From contig NC_067400.1 of NCBI RefSeq assembly GCF_016432865.1, positions 580,816,001-580,880,000 of the forward strand: DNA of 64,000 nucleotides. The letters are read 5' to 3'. The notes below the pieces were generated by a model. It was not told the origin of the DNA, made no database searches, and was given only the letters and a program-made list of their open reading frames with translations. Of the stretch, positions 51,772 to 64,000 are shown piece after piece (position 1 is the stretch's first letter; the number at the start of each line of letters is the position of its first letter). Source of the DNA: Antechinus flavipes. Its lineage: Eukaryota. Position numbers and translations under genes: made by a program.

Positions 51772-52484
51772 GCCCAGAGCCTGCCCTTTTTCTCCCTCCC
51801 ATCCCTGTCCTCACAGACCACTTTCTCTTCCTCCTTGCTCTGGCCCACCCAGACAAGAGGAAGGCCAGGAAGAGAAGTTCCTGGGGACGCTTCCCGTTCT
51901 GCCCCTGCCCAGCGGCCACTGGCCTGGTGGACATTCAGTTGGGCTACCCCCCAGACACCCACCCTGGGTCTTGTTTGGCATGTCACCCCCATGACCACCC
52001 CATGCTCCACGGCGTCTCCTGGGCTTCCCTTACATGGTCATGTGGCCTGATCCATAGCCCCTTCTCTGCCATCTCCCCCGCAGGCACTTCCCTCCCTTGC
52101 CCACTGCCTTCTCCATTCTGGCACACTCCATAGAGAGATGCTTGGAAGTTTGCACAGTAGGATGTCCTCTCCCCCAAACTCCAAACAGCCATCCCCATTC
52201 CTACAAAGACCATCCCCCCAAAGGGGCTCTTCTCAAGGAACACGCTGAGATATCCCACCCGCCTCCTTCCACTAGGACCCCTGCAAAGACACTTCCCATC
52301 CAGGCCTCTCAAGGCCCTCCAGTGAGACCTCCCACCCCTGGCTCTCCCTCCTTATTTAGACCTCCCCAAAAGGGCTCCTTTCTCTAGAACTCTCCACAAT
52401 GGAAATCCCATTCAGAGCTTTCGGTGACTGTCTCCATTTCTGCACTTCCCATTTAGGGCTTCCTCCTCCTCCCTTTCCCACCCC

Positions 52485-53240
52485 CCACAATGGGCCATCT
52501 CCCCCAGGGCACCCCTCAGCTCCCCATCCCTAAGATGGGAATTGTCGCTTCTGTTCTCCCATTTCTATACAATGGGACATCCACCTCATGGAATCCCTAC
52601 TGCTTTCCCCTAGTGGGGGATCCCACCCGGGACAGCTCTGCAACTTCCCATTCCTAAAATGGGATTTCTCACTGCTGTCCTCCCACTTCTTCCCAATGGG
52701 ACATCCACCTCATGGAATCCCTACTCCACACCCCAATGGGGCATCCCACCCATGGCAGCCTTCCTGGTCTCTCCTTCCTACAATGGGACATCCCACTCCC
52801 AACCTCTTTCCTATTCCCCCATCCCACAATGGGACAGCCCAACTAATACATTTCCTGCTCTCCCCATCCCCCAATGGGAAATCCCAGCCAGGATATCCTC
52901 CTGCTCCCCCCACCCCCAATGGGACATCCCACCTAGGGCATCCCTCGGCTCTCCCTGCCCCACAATGGGGCATCCCAGACAAGGCATCCCTCCTCCCTCC
53001 ATCCCCCAGTGGGACATCCCAGCCAGGGCATCTCTTCAGCTCCCCCCACCCTACACTGGACATCCCACCTCGGGCATCCCTCCTCTCATAATGGGACATT
53101 CCACCCAGGCATCCCTCCATCCCATGGCACATCTCACCTCCGGCATCCCACCTGCTCCCCGACTCCACAGTGGGACATCCCACCCAGCGCATCCTTCCTG
53201 CCCCCTCCCCTCCGGCAGCCTCACAATGAGACGTTCCATG
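52485..53240. repeat. Degenerate C-rich minisatellite (core CCCAATGGGACATCCCAC, about 40-50 bp spacing) in LYPLA2 intron 1
   Basis: At least 15 recognisable core variants, e.g. at 52570, 52693, 52731, 52781, 52826, 52871, 52915, 52961, 53005, 53088 and 53166. Confidence 0.9.
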
Positions 53241-54260
53241 TCTGGCCCCGGGGTCCCGCACAATGGCGCACCGCGCGCCCGCACTCTCTCGTAGGTGCCT
53301 CGGGAGCCCCCACTAGGGGACCTCCCGCCTCGTTCGTTCCTCCTGTTGGCTGGCCTCCGTCCCTTACCTCTGGGCCGGATCCCTCGAAATGGTCTCGCCC
53401 GCCCCCCAGCCCCTACGCACCCCTCCAATCTCCCGGACAATGGTACCTCCGCCGCGCCCAGCTCCCGGGGGTTCCAATCCGTCCTGAGCGACTCACCTCT
53501 TTCTCTGGCTCGGATACTCACAGAGCTCCCCACCCCCCCATCCCAGCCCCTCCCCCTCCCGCTGCCCCCGCCGGAACTTCCGCTTGGGGCGAGAGAACCC
53601 AGCCACGCGCTACCGGAAGTGGCGTGCGCCGCGCGGGATGGAACCCGGAAACTGGACTGGGGGATGCAGCCGAGGTCCGCTTCTGCAGATGTGAGGTCAC
53701 GGAGATGGGCAGCAGAGCCCCTCTTTTCGGAAGGACCTGTCCTGGCTGAGCGGCCCAGATCCAGGACGATCGCAGTGAGGAGGGCGAGCTGTGACCCCCG
53801 CAGGCGCTCACTCCGAACTTGGAAAGCCGACGTCGCCCGGCGGTTCGCGCCTCTGCCTGGGACCCTCCGGGCTGTCCTATTCACGCTCTCACCTGGCTCC
53901 CGGTAGCCGACTTGGCCCAGAGGCGGCCCGAGTGGACAGTTGAGGCTGCTTGGCCTGTAAGACCCAGGCCGGTATCTCCGGGCTGCACTTTATAAAAACC
54001 TCGAAGGCCCCTCGTTTTAAAGTGCTTATAATTCTCCACCAGCCAGCCGGCCCCCTATTAAGAGCCACGCCGGAGAAGAGAAGTTCCTAGAGGGTTCAGC
54101 TCTTGGCTGCCATAAAGGTCCCTGAGGAAAACCGGGGTCCGGAAACAGCACCTTGGCACAAGGACCCAGCCGAGGAGCAGACAGTGACTCACTCTTCCCC
54201 ACCGCCCCAAAGGCATCCTCCCACCTGAATCGCGTCGAAGCTTTCCTTTGAACTACCGGA
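53190..54260 (-). promoter_or_regulatory. LYPLA2 CpG-island promoter and non-coding exon 1 (about 53497-53590)
   Basis: ETS/GABPA motifs ACCGGAAGT (53612-53620) and CCGGAACTTCCG (53571-53582). Candidate minus-strand donors GTGAGT at 53496 and 53521. Acceptor of exon 2 at 51108-51109. Confidence 0.7.
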
Positions 54261-55708
54261 GCTGTGCCTTTGATCTAAAGCCTCAGGTGGCATTGATCCC
54301 TCAGGCCAGAAGGCAGGTTCTTTTGGGCTCGAGTGCTTAATGGGTGCCTAGGAACCCCAGTACTAAGTCTGAGCGACCCCTGGTGATGGAGGTGAAAGAG
54401 AAAAGGGAACGATAAAGAGAAGTGGACGGTCTCTGGGTAAAGCCCCAGTCGTCCCCCTAGGCCAGGGATAGGTCCCCAAGGGACTTGGAAATCTCCTTCC
54501 CCGAAATAGCCCCTGATAACCATGTTAGCTCTGGGAAGCTAATAATGCAATTCTTCCCATGCTCATATATTATATAGTGATCCTGTAGTAATTATAAACC
54601 ACACCATCCTGAAGTCAGCAAGTTTGGCAACTTGAGGTTACCTTAGGATAATATCTAGTAGTGTGATAAAGTAGGGTTTTTTTTTCTGTGTTTCAGGATC
54701 TCAAATTGAATACTTATCCTTCCTTCATAGGGTTAATCACCATGGAATGTCTTGTTTCTCATCTCCAACTTACTTTACGGTACTGATAAAAATACTGTGG
54801 TTGGAGATTGGGATGATTATACCTCAAGCAAGTATCCAATTTACTCTGGATGTCAGTTTACTTATAAGCCACATTCAATCCCTGAAACTGGCCTTTTTTA
54901 AGCATTTGTTTACTTTTCCTCATTTCTGGTACTGATGTTTACAATAGGACCATATTTAATTCCCCCCAAGTCTTAAATGCTCATTTCTGTGTGACAGCTG
55001 TTTGCTCTTCAAGAAATATAGAACTAGGTTAACAGCAACCTCCAAAATTATCTGCACAGGTGCATAGTGTTAAAGAATAGCTTAAGTTATTTCCCTTAAA
55101 TCTGTGATCTTACCATCCTCTTTAAGTTTGATACAGACTGGAAAAGGACAATTCAGCACATGCAGATTTTTATTTCCATGTGAGTAGGCATGATTTCAAG
55201 AAATGAAGAAAAACTTTCAAGCTCAATACCTGAAGATGAACCAAGGAACTAAATTTACTGTCATCTCTCATGAGCTGAGAGTAGAACTTCCAAAAAGATT
55301 CTTGGGTCACAGTCAGCATTTTGTATAGTGAGAAGATTCAGTCTTCAAGTAATGACTGGCTCTGCCATTGTGCAAGTCAGCTTAACTGAACTTCAGCCCC
55401 CTCATCTTCTTTGCACAAAGCAGCATTCTCTGCAGTTTGCAAAGAATCTGCTTTTGAATTTTGGATTGTGTGATCTTGGGCAAGGCATTTTAACTCTGAG
55501 CTGCAGTATACCCAGATATAAAATGAGACAGTTGGACTAGGTTATTTCTAAGGTAATATACAAATTTTGATTCCTGTGTGTTCAATTTCTCTTTTCAAAA
55601 GGCTTTTTTGAGGAAAATGTTTTGTGAACTGCAAAATATTCTGAGAGGGAATTACTATTAATATGAATGGTGAAAAACACACACAACAAACGTTATATCT
55701 GATGTGGA

Positions 55709-55714
55709 TTTATT
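55709..55714 (-). terminator. Polyadenylation signal of PITHD1
   Basis: TTTATT on + (AATAAA on -), about 0.8 kb downstream of the PITHD1 stop. Confidence 0.65.
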
Positions 55715-56503
55715 AGGAAGCTTCTTAGTCACAAGGAATAGAACACTGTGCACAGAAGAGCTCAAAGATTTCTGGTTTCTAAGAAGCATTAAGCATCATG
55801 CCATAAACAACGCTTTTCCTAAGTCTCAATGTCACCACCAAAATGGCCATACCAATGTGAACAATTTCAGCTACACCATCCCTCAGGTTGGTTACCAAAG
55901 GCAGGAAGAAAGGGTGCAAAGCTATAAATGTGATCAAGAGACTAGCTCTACAGTCACAATCTCAGAATACTTCAAGAGGGGGTAGCAGCTACCTGGTAGA
56001 CCTGAGTGGCTTAACCACAACAAACACAAAATACTTCACACAAACAGGAGGGAGGGAGCAAGCAGGGAAAAGTATTTCAAGATGGGAGATCTTAGCGGCA
56101 AATGTCATGAACAAAAATCTCAAGATCTTGGAATGCTACAGGCCACCTAGCAGTGGTAATTACTGATTTTTAAAAAGGTCACACGAAAGTCCTGCCACAA
56201 AGGGATAAAAACACTTAAGAGTTCACAGGCACATCCAAACTGGGAAACAAGGGCTATCCATGACTGCCAGATTTCCAATGGGCTCAAGACCCAATTTCTA
56301 CAGTGCCCAAAATGCCAAACTGTCCTCAACAATCCAGTGGCCCTCACCAATGGTTTGATATTCTCAGTTTTCAGGTCCCCAACAACAAAGCTTTGGGGGA
56401 AACTGCAATAGCCATATCTCTCAAACCCCATCTTTTTCCTTCCAAAATGGTTGTCTGACATCATTGCTGACAAAAAAGCTTCTGTGGTAGCCCCAGCTTG
56501 CCT

Positions 56504-59500
56504 TTAAGAAATGAAGTGCGTCTGTGGGGTGACCTGTTGGACCTTGTGATCTGCTGGATTAGCTGATGCTTCATAATTGCAGATAGTCACCTCATGTCGA
56601 CGCATCTTAAGAAAAAGCAAGAAAAGTTGAATTAGCCAACTGGCCATTAAAATACTGCTCTACATATTACACACTAGTAGTTTTCTTCAGTCCTTTTTTT
56701 TGGAATACAATGCTTATAATCACCCAGTATCCATCACCCTCAGTTACTTTTCAACCTGCAAAGTAGCATTACTTTTACAAGTTAAATACTAGGTTTTTTC
56801 ACCCCATTACAACTTGACCTAACTTTTGAAGCAGTGGTATGTAGTGGTTGAAGCACTGGCCTTGGAAACCTGTGTTCAGTTCTATCACATACCCTTTGGA
56901 CCTTTCTCTGGGTCTCAATGGAATAGATTTTCTCCATGACGTAAGTCATTTTACATTCTAACCTGTGTTATAAGGCTCTTTTCAGCTACAATAATCCATA
57001 GCAGATAGTACACCCCCATAACAACTAAAATTAAGCATGGCATATCAAACTGCTAAGATAATTTTTCCATGAAGAACCCATGAAGAAAAGAGGGTAACAT
57101 GGGAGAATGCATTTTACTTATTTGTCTTCCTTTTATTAGATTCCTCCCACTGTAATAAGAATGTTACTTCATTTGTTTTATATTTCTTACCTCAGTCCAC
57201 TCTCCTCTCAGTCCAATATAAAACACCTTTGTGGTGTCAGCGCCGAAGTTTTTTGAAATATGAATAGAGAGATGACACACATTTGAAAAACGAGAAATTC
57301 TGTTAAGAATGGAAGCAAGAAGGAAAAATAGACTGTTAGAATATGATGATAGCTAACCCCCCACTCATCAATCTCATTTCAGAAACATCCAATTTTTGTT
57401 TAAAATCACAAACTAGCCAGATGTCAGAAAAACCATCCTGGGATTTTTATGTTTCTGCTTATCTCCTATATACCAACACATCAATGTTCCTAAGTTCTTG
57501 AGACAAGGAAGAGGAAAGACCATTTTAAAAACAACATTTACAACATTAAGGAGTAGCTGGTGACACTGGGCCTGAAAACAGTTAGTCCTGAGTTCAAATG
57601 AAGTCTCAAGACATTTCCTACCTGTGTGACTTTGGGCAAGTCACAACCATAAAGTATCAGTTTCCTTATCTGTAAAATGGATATCATAAATTACACTTAT
57701 CTCCCAGGGTTATTATGAAAATCAAATGAGATAACTACAAATCAATTAGCAGTGCTCAGCAAAAAAGTGCTATAATAAAACAAGGCAATTCTAAAACAAG
57801 CTTAGCTTGGGCCCTCGGGTATAAGAAATTTGGGATGCAAAAAGTCCCTTTACACCTCAGCTCTGTTCCTTCTGGGTGGTCCATCTGCTTCTCTGGGCTT
57901 CTGAAGGGTCTGACCTAACCTGGATAACTCTAAGGTCTCTTTTAGCTCCAAATTCTATTATTTTTTTCTTTTCCCAAATCCTATGATTCTACAAGGAAGG
58001 AAAAGAGGAGCCTATGCTACCAGCCTTTTCCCTCACAAAACCATCTTTTCTTACAATTTCCCACAATGGCATTGTTCATGCAAGAGTTAACAAGTCTGGC
58101 TTCTCACATCAGAAGTGGGTAAAAATCGATCCAAGCAATAGCTTATGTAACTTCCTCCATATTTTTTAATCATTGCCTACATTAAGAAAGAAGACTAGCC
58201 AAAAACAAATTATCAGTTGCCAATAACAAATCAACATGTCTTTTGTCCCTCAAGAGATGATGCTTTTAAAAAGAAAAGGGACTTAGGGCTTACTTTGTAG
58301 CATATTCTAATTCTCCAGTGAGGTCTCGATTTAGACTAAAAGTCTGATCAGGTTCTCGGTCTGTATCATCAAAAGACATTTGTGGAATGTTTTTGAACCT
58401 AAAGAGAGACAAGAGATTCACATGACATGTTGTACAAGATTTACCAATCTTTCTGAAGCCTATCCCACTGAATCCTCAATTTTCCTCAAAAAGACACTTT
58501 CAGGAATATTAGCATTTTATTTTTTGTTTTTATAAACAAAAAAGGGAAGAAAAATGTACTTTAATGATACTATAAAGAAACCGTTTTTGTTATGTCACCA
58601 ATTTCCCAAATTATCTTAATATTAACATAAGCAAGGAACAAAGGGAAAGAAATCACAAAAGGAAATTTAATTATAGTTTCAAGAACAACATATGGGAAAA
58701 AAATCACTTTTTTATTTACTATTTGCTGAAAGATTTTAAAAATCCAACTAACCGGATGTACCTCAAGCTATAACCTTATAAATGTAAAATGTGACCAAGA
58801 AGGAAAAGATTCTTTTTTTAAACTTAAAAGACCTGAAGTTGCCAATATGATATGTGGTGTATTTTACTTGGGATGATCATAAGGGATCGTGGAAAAACAG
58901 TGGATACCAAATTCAGAGACTGTCAATACTGTGAGTTCACTTGTAAGGAAAGTGGCACAAACCCATGTAAAGAAGTTTTACAGATAAGCTTAAGGAATTC
59001 AAAATTCAAATAATGCGTGGCTCCAAAGAAACCAGCTCAGCATATCAATCCAGCTTACAATTATGATAAAGAGGATTCAAGATTCTGCCCTGAAGAAGTG
59101 TTATCAGCCAAAACACTATTATAAGCATGCATGCCAAATGTTCAGAGAATTTACACCAAGAATAAATGTCAATAACTTTACCATAAGATCTTAAGGATGT
59201 AGCCATGAGAAATGATCATTTTAATGTAGTTTTTAACTCACTTTATAGCATGAAAAATTCTATCAACAAACTGCAATCTAGCACCTTTAGCATAGTTCAC
59301 AAAACTTGAACACATTTCAGCAAATAGTGCTAGGACATTTTAAAACAGAAACAAACACTTATCAGGTTTGTTGTACAATTCTTAAGATTTGTCCCACCCA
59401 TTTTCCAACTAAACAAATATCCTGATTATCTATCTCAAATGGACCACACACTCTTAAAGCAATAGGGATAGTTAAATGGCAAATTCAAACTTCTAAGACA

Positions 59501-60455
59501 ATGGTTTTCTCCACTCCCACCTCCCATTTTTCAATAGTACTTCAAAATTCCTTAGTGCAGTTTTTCCACCAGATCAATTCTGTCCCTGATTTTAACGTTT
59601 TATTCTTTATGCCATAAAGATGATCGCCTTATCACAAAATAGTATAAATAGTCACACCTCTATTTACACTTATGTCTTTTAAAACTTATATTGTGCTACA
59701 ATTGCAAAAACATTTCCTGCCTAATTGTTCCTAAAATTCAACATTTCATATGGCTTCAGCACCTCTGCAAAAATATCAAGTCTTTCCAAGCCTTCTCACC
59801 TAGGGCTGTTTATTTGTTAGTGTTTTTCCATGCAATCTCCTTTTAGAACCAATGCAATGGATGCAATACAATGGAGGCCTCTCTCTGGTTCTCTTTTTTC
59901 ATGGGTACCATAGCAGAACTTGACCTGTTATTTCCTTACTTACTAAAAATGGCCCACCAAAAACTCTAAGACATGAAATATGTCATGTATTTAGCAATTA
60001 TTTGTTTTTGTTGGCAAAGACAAAAAGTGAATCCAGATTAAGAAAAGAATAATATCTAGTAGTATTATATAAATGGAGGAATTTATCGAAAATATCAATA
60101 TTTCCAGATGACCTAGGGAGACTAGCCAGGTAGGAGGTGTTTCAAGAAAATATAAGTGATAAACCAAGAAGTCATTATTTAAATTAAATTAGTTCAAGTT
60201 GTGTGTCTCCAGGGAGCAAAATTAAGACTACTGGGTAAAATATATAGGTTTAAGCTGAATTCTTTATAAAGAAGCCACTTACTAACAATAAGCAAGCATT
60301 ATAATAATGAAAAGGACAGCTAAGATAATGAAATCTCTTTCACTAGCTATTACAAAGACGACCACTTATTGGAAGTATTGGGGGGGGGAGGGGACTTTTG
60401 CCTGAAGCACAGAGTTTGCCCATGAAGATCATTGGGATCACTTCTAAGGAAACAT

Positions 60456-60494
<39 letters not shown>

Positions 60495-62889
60495 ACTAAA
60501 GGAGCTCTGTTATCTGAGGAAGGTAATTCAGACCAATAACAAAAAGTCTACTACCCAGCAGAATCACCATGCATAAGAATACCCGAAAGGTAATTAACTG
60601 CCTCTGCAAAGTGCTATGTGCTATTTAACACTAGAGAATATTATATGTGGGACTTTGTGGTAAACTATTACCAGGATCAAAATCTTTGACCACTAAAGAG
60701 AGATACACATAACTAGACATTTTTGGGTCTTTGGTCTTTGCTACTTACAGTCTCATCTCTGATGGATGCGAGTCATCTTCACCTCCCATAATGATGATTC
60801 CTTTCAGTTTAACATTACCTGTAAACCTGCCCAAACACAGAAGACAAGCTGGGAGTCAGAAAGCTGGAGGGTCATGTTAGGCCAGCTTCTTACTGTCTAT
60901 ATGACCTTGGTTATCACTTCCCTTCTCTGGGCCTCCATATCCTCCTTTGTAAAATGAGAGCCTTGGACTTGATGGTCTCTAAAGGTTCCTTCCAACTCTT
61001 AATGGCTGATGATTCTAAGGATATTCATTTGAACTTTATCTTCTTTATTGGGAATGAATACCTCACTCACAGTAGAGTGCCACAGAAAGAACACAGGAAG
61101 ACTTCGGTGGGTTTTTTTTTTTTTTTTGTTTTGGGTCTAAATTCTCCCAAACTTTAAAATGGGGAAAAATATTTCTGTTACCTTACCTCACAGTAGTTTG
61201 TGAGGACTGAAGGAAGATGTAACATGTTAAAAAGTATGAATTACCATCTCCAAGGAAAGCGATTATCCTCCCCACCCCTTTCCAAAATAGATGTTATGCT
61301 GAGCAAAGAAGCCACCAGGCAAGCTGACCAGACTTAGTGCTTACTAAAACAAGGAAGCCTAAGGTACCTATTAGAAGGGTACTCACGGAATATTAAACAG
61401 CAACTCTTCATCAGCATCACTTTCTACAAACTGGGAAAAAACAACAACCCACAGATCATTAACACCTCTGGGTGTTCACTTCTCTTCTGAAAGTCAAGTT
61501 TAATGCAGTTACTTGCTTGCACATGCTCTCCTGTGTGTATCTGTGTCCCAGCCACAACATGCAGTTTGCTTTTGCTTGCCTCAATTTGGAGAAGCATGGC
61601 CTAGGACTTCACTAGTACTGAATCTAAGGGGTTCCAGATTAATTCTAGAGCTCCATTCTGGCTTTCCAATTCTGTTGGGTTTGATAATTCAGCTGTTAGG
61701 AAAGCCAGAAATGATAATGAACTATAAAAGGTAAAAAGGATGCTGCATTGGGAACCATACCAGGCACATGAGGTAGAGCTGAAAAAGCAGCAGTGCAGGA
61801 GTCCAGATATTGTTATATTATCACTAGCCAAGGAACCTGGGGCAAACCATTTCTCCTATATGATTTTTCGTTTTCCCACTTGTAAAATGGGGATAAACCT
61901 CCAGGGATAAACACTTCCTTTCTGAGGATGTTATATAGTGCTATATATATGAAAGCAAGATAATATAATGGAGAGAAACGAACTTTGCATCACAAGTCCA
62001 AGTCATGAGAAATGTGTTGGCATTTTACAATTAAAAATGAATTTGGGCCACGGGTATCCCGTTTGATCCTCATTTTGCTTTTCTATAAAATAGAAAAGAT
62101 CAACCTTTAACTGTCCACCTAAGAGGGCTGCAGTGAGGGATTACTTGAGGGATCTCCAGAAAAAACATTTTCTGTAAATCCAGTAAGAATTGTCGAAATG
62201 ATCATGATGGGTTTGGAAGGAGCCCTAGACCTAGGGGGGGGGGAGGGGGTCATTCTCTCGAAGGGAGGGGCTAGATAAGAGCTCTCCTAAGCTCCGTTTC
62301 TGACCTGACATTCCCACAAATCACCAGTATTTCTGTCCCCAGGGCCCGGTCCCTCTCCCAGAACATAACACGAGGACCAGTGATCAACCGTTGATCCCAT
62401 GGGGTGGGGGATGGACTAGCTCACAGATTCCTTTGCAGGTCAGAAATATCCACGGGGAGCACTGAGCCCTCGCTCCCAGAGCCTGGAGCTTAGGCGTTAT
62501 AAAGTAGGGCTGGCGGGATCCTGGAAAGTGCGCTTCTCCGCGACCTCCCAAAAGACCCCCGAGACATCCTACCCGCCCCGCCCTCCGGACCCCCTCGGCC
62601 CCGCCCGCACTCGAGACTCCGCCCCCAGCACAGCCCAGAAATCTCTAGAGGGGTTGGGGGCGGCCGCAGGCCCAGTCTCGGGCCCCACCTTGGTGCGGTC
62701 GGCCCGCTCCTCCCACGGCTTGAAGACGCCGCGGCCGCTGCCCTCGCGGCTCTCGTTGAGGCACTGCAGGCGCTCCAGGTCGATGCGCAGATAGAGCCCG
62801 TAGGCCAAACCACGCTGCTCCGGCGGCTCCTCGTGCTCTGCGGCGCAGCGGCAGCCGCCGCCCCCGCCGTGACTGTGCCCGTGCGACAT
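56504..62889 (-). CDS. PITHD1: PITH domain-containing protein 1, 212 aa
   Basis: Minus-strand coding exons 62889-62689 (MSHGHSHGGGGGCRC..), 61430-61387 (FVESDADEELLFNIP), 60826-60749, 58398-58294, 57299-57191, 56605-56504 (MRRHEVTICNYEASANPADHKVQQVTPQTHFIS*). Total 639 nt, all GT-AG. Confidence 0.98.
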
Positions 62890-63950
62890 GACACCCGGCC
62901 AGGCCCCACTGCAGCCCCTGCCCGGCGTCTACTTCGGCCCTGCTACACACCCACACCGCCGCACAGTGAAGCCGCCGCGCCGCGCGCACCTGTCGTAAAG
63001 CACGCCCCGGCCACGCCCCTAATCGGCCCCTTCAGTGCGCGCATGCGTGGCAGGCCTCTCTTGGCCGCTTTGTGCCAAGCCACGCCCCTCCGTCGACAGT
63101 GCGCCGTTCCCCTTCCCTCTCTTTCCAATGGCGCTTGCTCAGAATCCCCTCCGGACCTGGAATCCGGAGGCTCTGCAATTGCTGGAGTTTGAAAATTTCT
63201 CAGGACTCCGCCCTTCAGGAGAAAGGCGCATGCGCAGCCGCCTTAACTCCTCCCCTTGGCAGTAACTCCCTAGGAGCAGTTTCAGACTAGATAGAGATTT
63301 TGCGCCATCTTCTGGTTTGCTGAGGATTTCCCCGTCAGCAGCCTCGTGAGGGCGCCCATCTGACTGTCAGATAAACTGAGGTCCGGGAGCTGGAGGAGCA
63401 AGCCTCATGAAAGCCGATGGCCGAATTACCTCCGACGTTTGTGGGGTGCTCTCGGGGCCGGGGAGCCCCCTGCACCGCTCCCCATCACCCTGGGAAAGCA
63501 AGGACTCTCATGCCCATTTCACATAGGAGGAAATTGAGGCTCTTTGGCAGGAATCTCCGGACTAATCCAAGAGCGCAGCCCCAACTCTCCCCTGCTCCGG
63601 GCTGCTGCTCAGCCCTGCCCGCGCTCTGGCGCGAAGCCCAGCCAGGAGACACCGCCCCGCCAAGTCTCCGAAGCCCCGGCCTAAGGAGCAGGAAGCTCGC
63701 GCTTTCCCCGGAGGGCGCCGATGCCTCTCCCCACCCCCAGCACTTAGTAAGTGCTTCCTGGGGGCAGTCGTCCCGCTCTGGTGCCGGAGGGGGAAGCGAG
63801 GCCGCACAGCCCCGCTTCCCGAGGTCAGCTCCCTCTCCGAGGTCAGCTCTTTCGAAGGTCTCAGCCCTCTTGGAGACGGGGACAAACCCGACACTTAAGG
63901 CGTGACTTCTTAGGGACCGTGGCCCAGGGAGCCTTAGCCTTTTTCCAGAC
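62480..63950 (-). promoter_or_regulatory. PITHD1 CpG-island promoter
   Basis: NRF1 motifs GCGCATGCGT (63039-63048) and GCGCATGCGC (63226-63235), repeated GCCACGCCCC boxes, and YY1 motif CGCCATCTT (63303-63311). Confidence 0.8.
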
Positions 63951-64000
63951 ACTTCCTAGCCAGTCCCAGCGCCTCAGTTTCCTTCTCTGTAAAATCAGCA

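Noticed and set aside
52588-53906. Several 160-280 aa ORFs with WDIP/GHP/GTSH repeats
   Set aside because: They are translations of the intronic minisatellite and CpG island. They are open in several frames and on both strands, which is a low-complexity artefact.

Overview
This is eukaryotic DNA from a marsupial, most likely a dasyurid (Tasmanian devil, dunnart or antechinus group), inferred from WSINE1-like SINEs, marsupial L1 3' ends and an OC1-type hAT MITE. It is the conserved block FUCA1(+, exons 2-8; exon 1 lies upstream of the window) - HMGCL(+) - GALE(+) - LYPLA2(-) - PITHD1(-), i.e. the human 1p36.11 gene order reversed. I traced all 41 coding exons by hand. Every intron is GT-AG, the reading frames are intact, and exon sizes match or lie within a few bp of my recollection of the human genes. 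The non-gene content is the most interesting part. (1) LYPLA2 intron 1 carries a degenerate minisatellite with nine exact NF-kB consensus decamers in about 570 bp. (2) A CpG-rich RHOV processed pseudogene sits inside an old L1 just upstream of the HMGCL promoter; its target site was hit again by a later L1, and one target-site copy appears to have gained CpGs. (3) A near-identical 240-bp duplication of an ancient CR1/L3 fragment brackets the catalytic exon of FUCA1. (4) Six solo LTRs, including two LTR-in-LTR nests, lie between HMGCL and GALE. (5) HMGCL ends in a canonical peroxisomal SKL. Gene names, repeat family names and human comparisons come from memory, not database searches. Functional claims are hypotheses.
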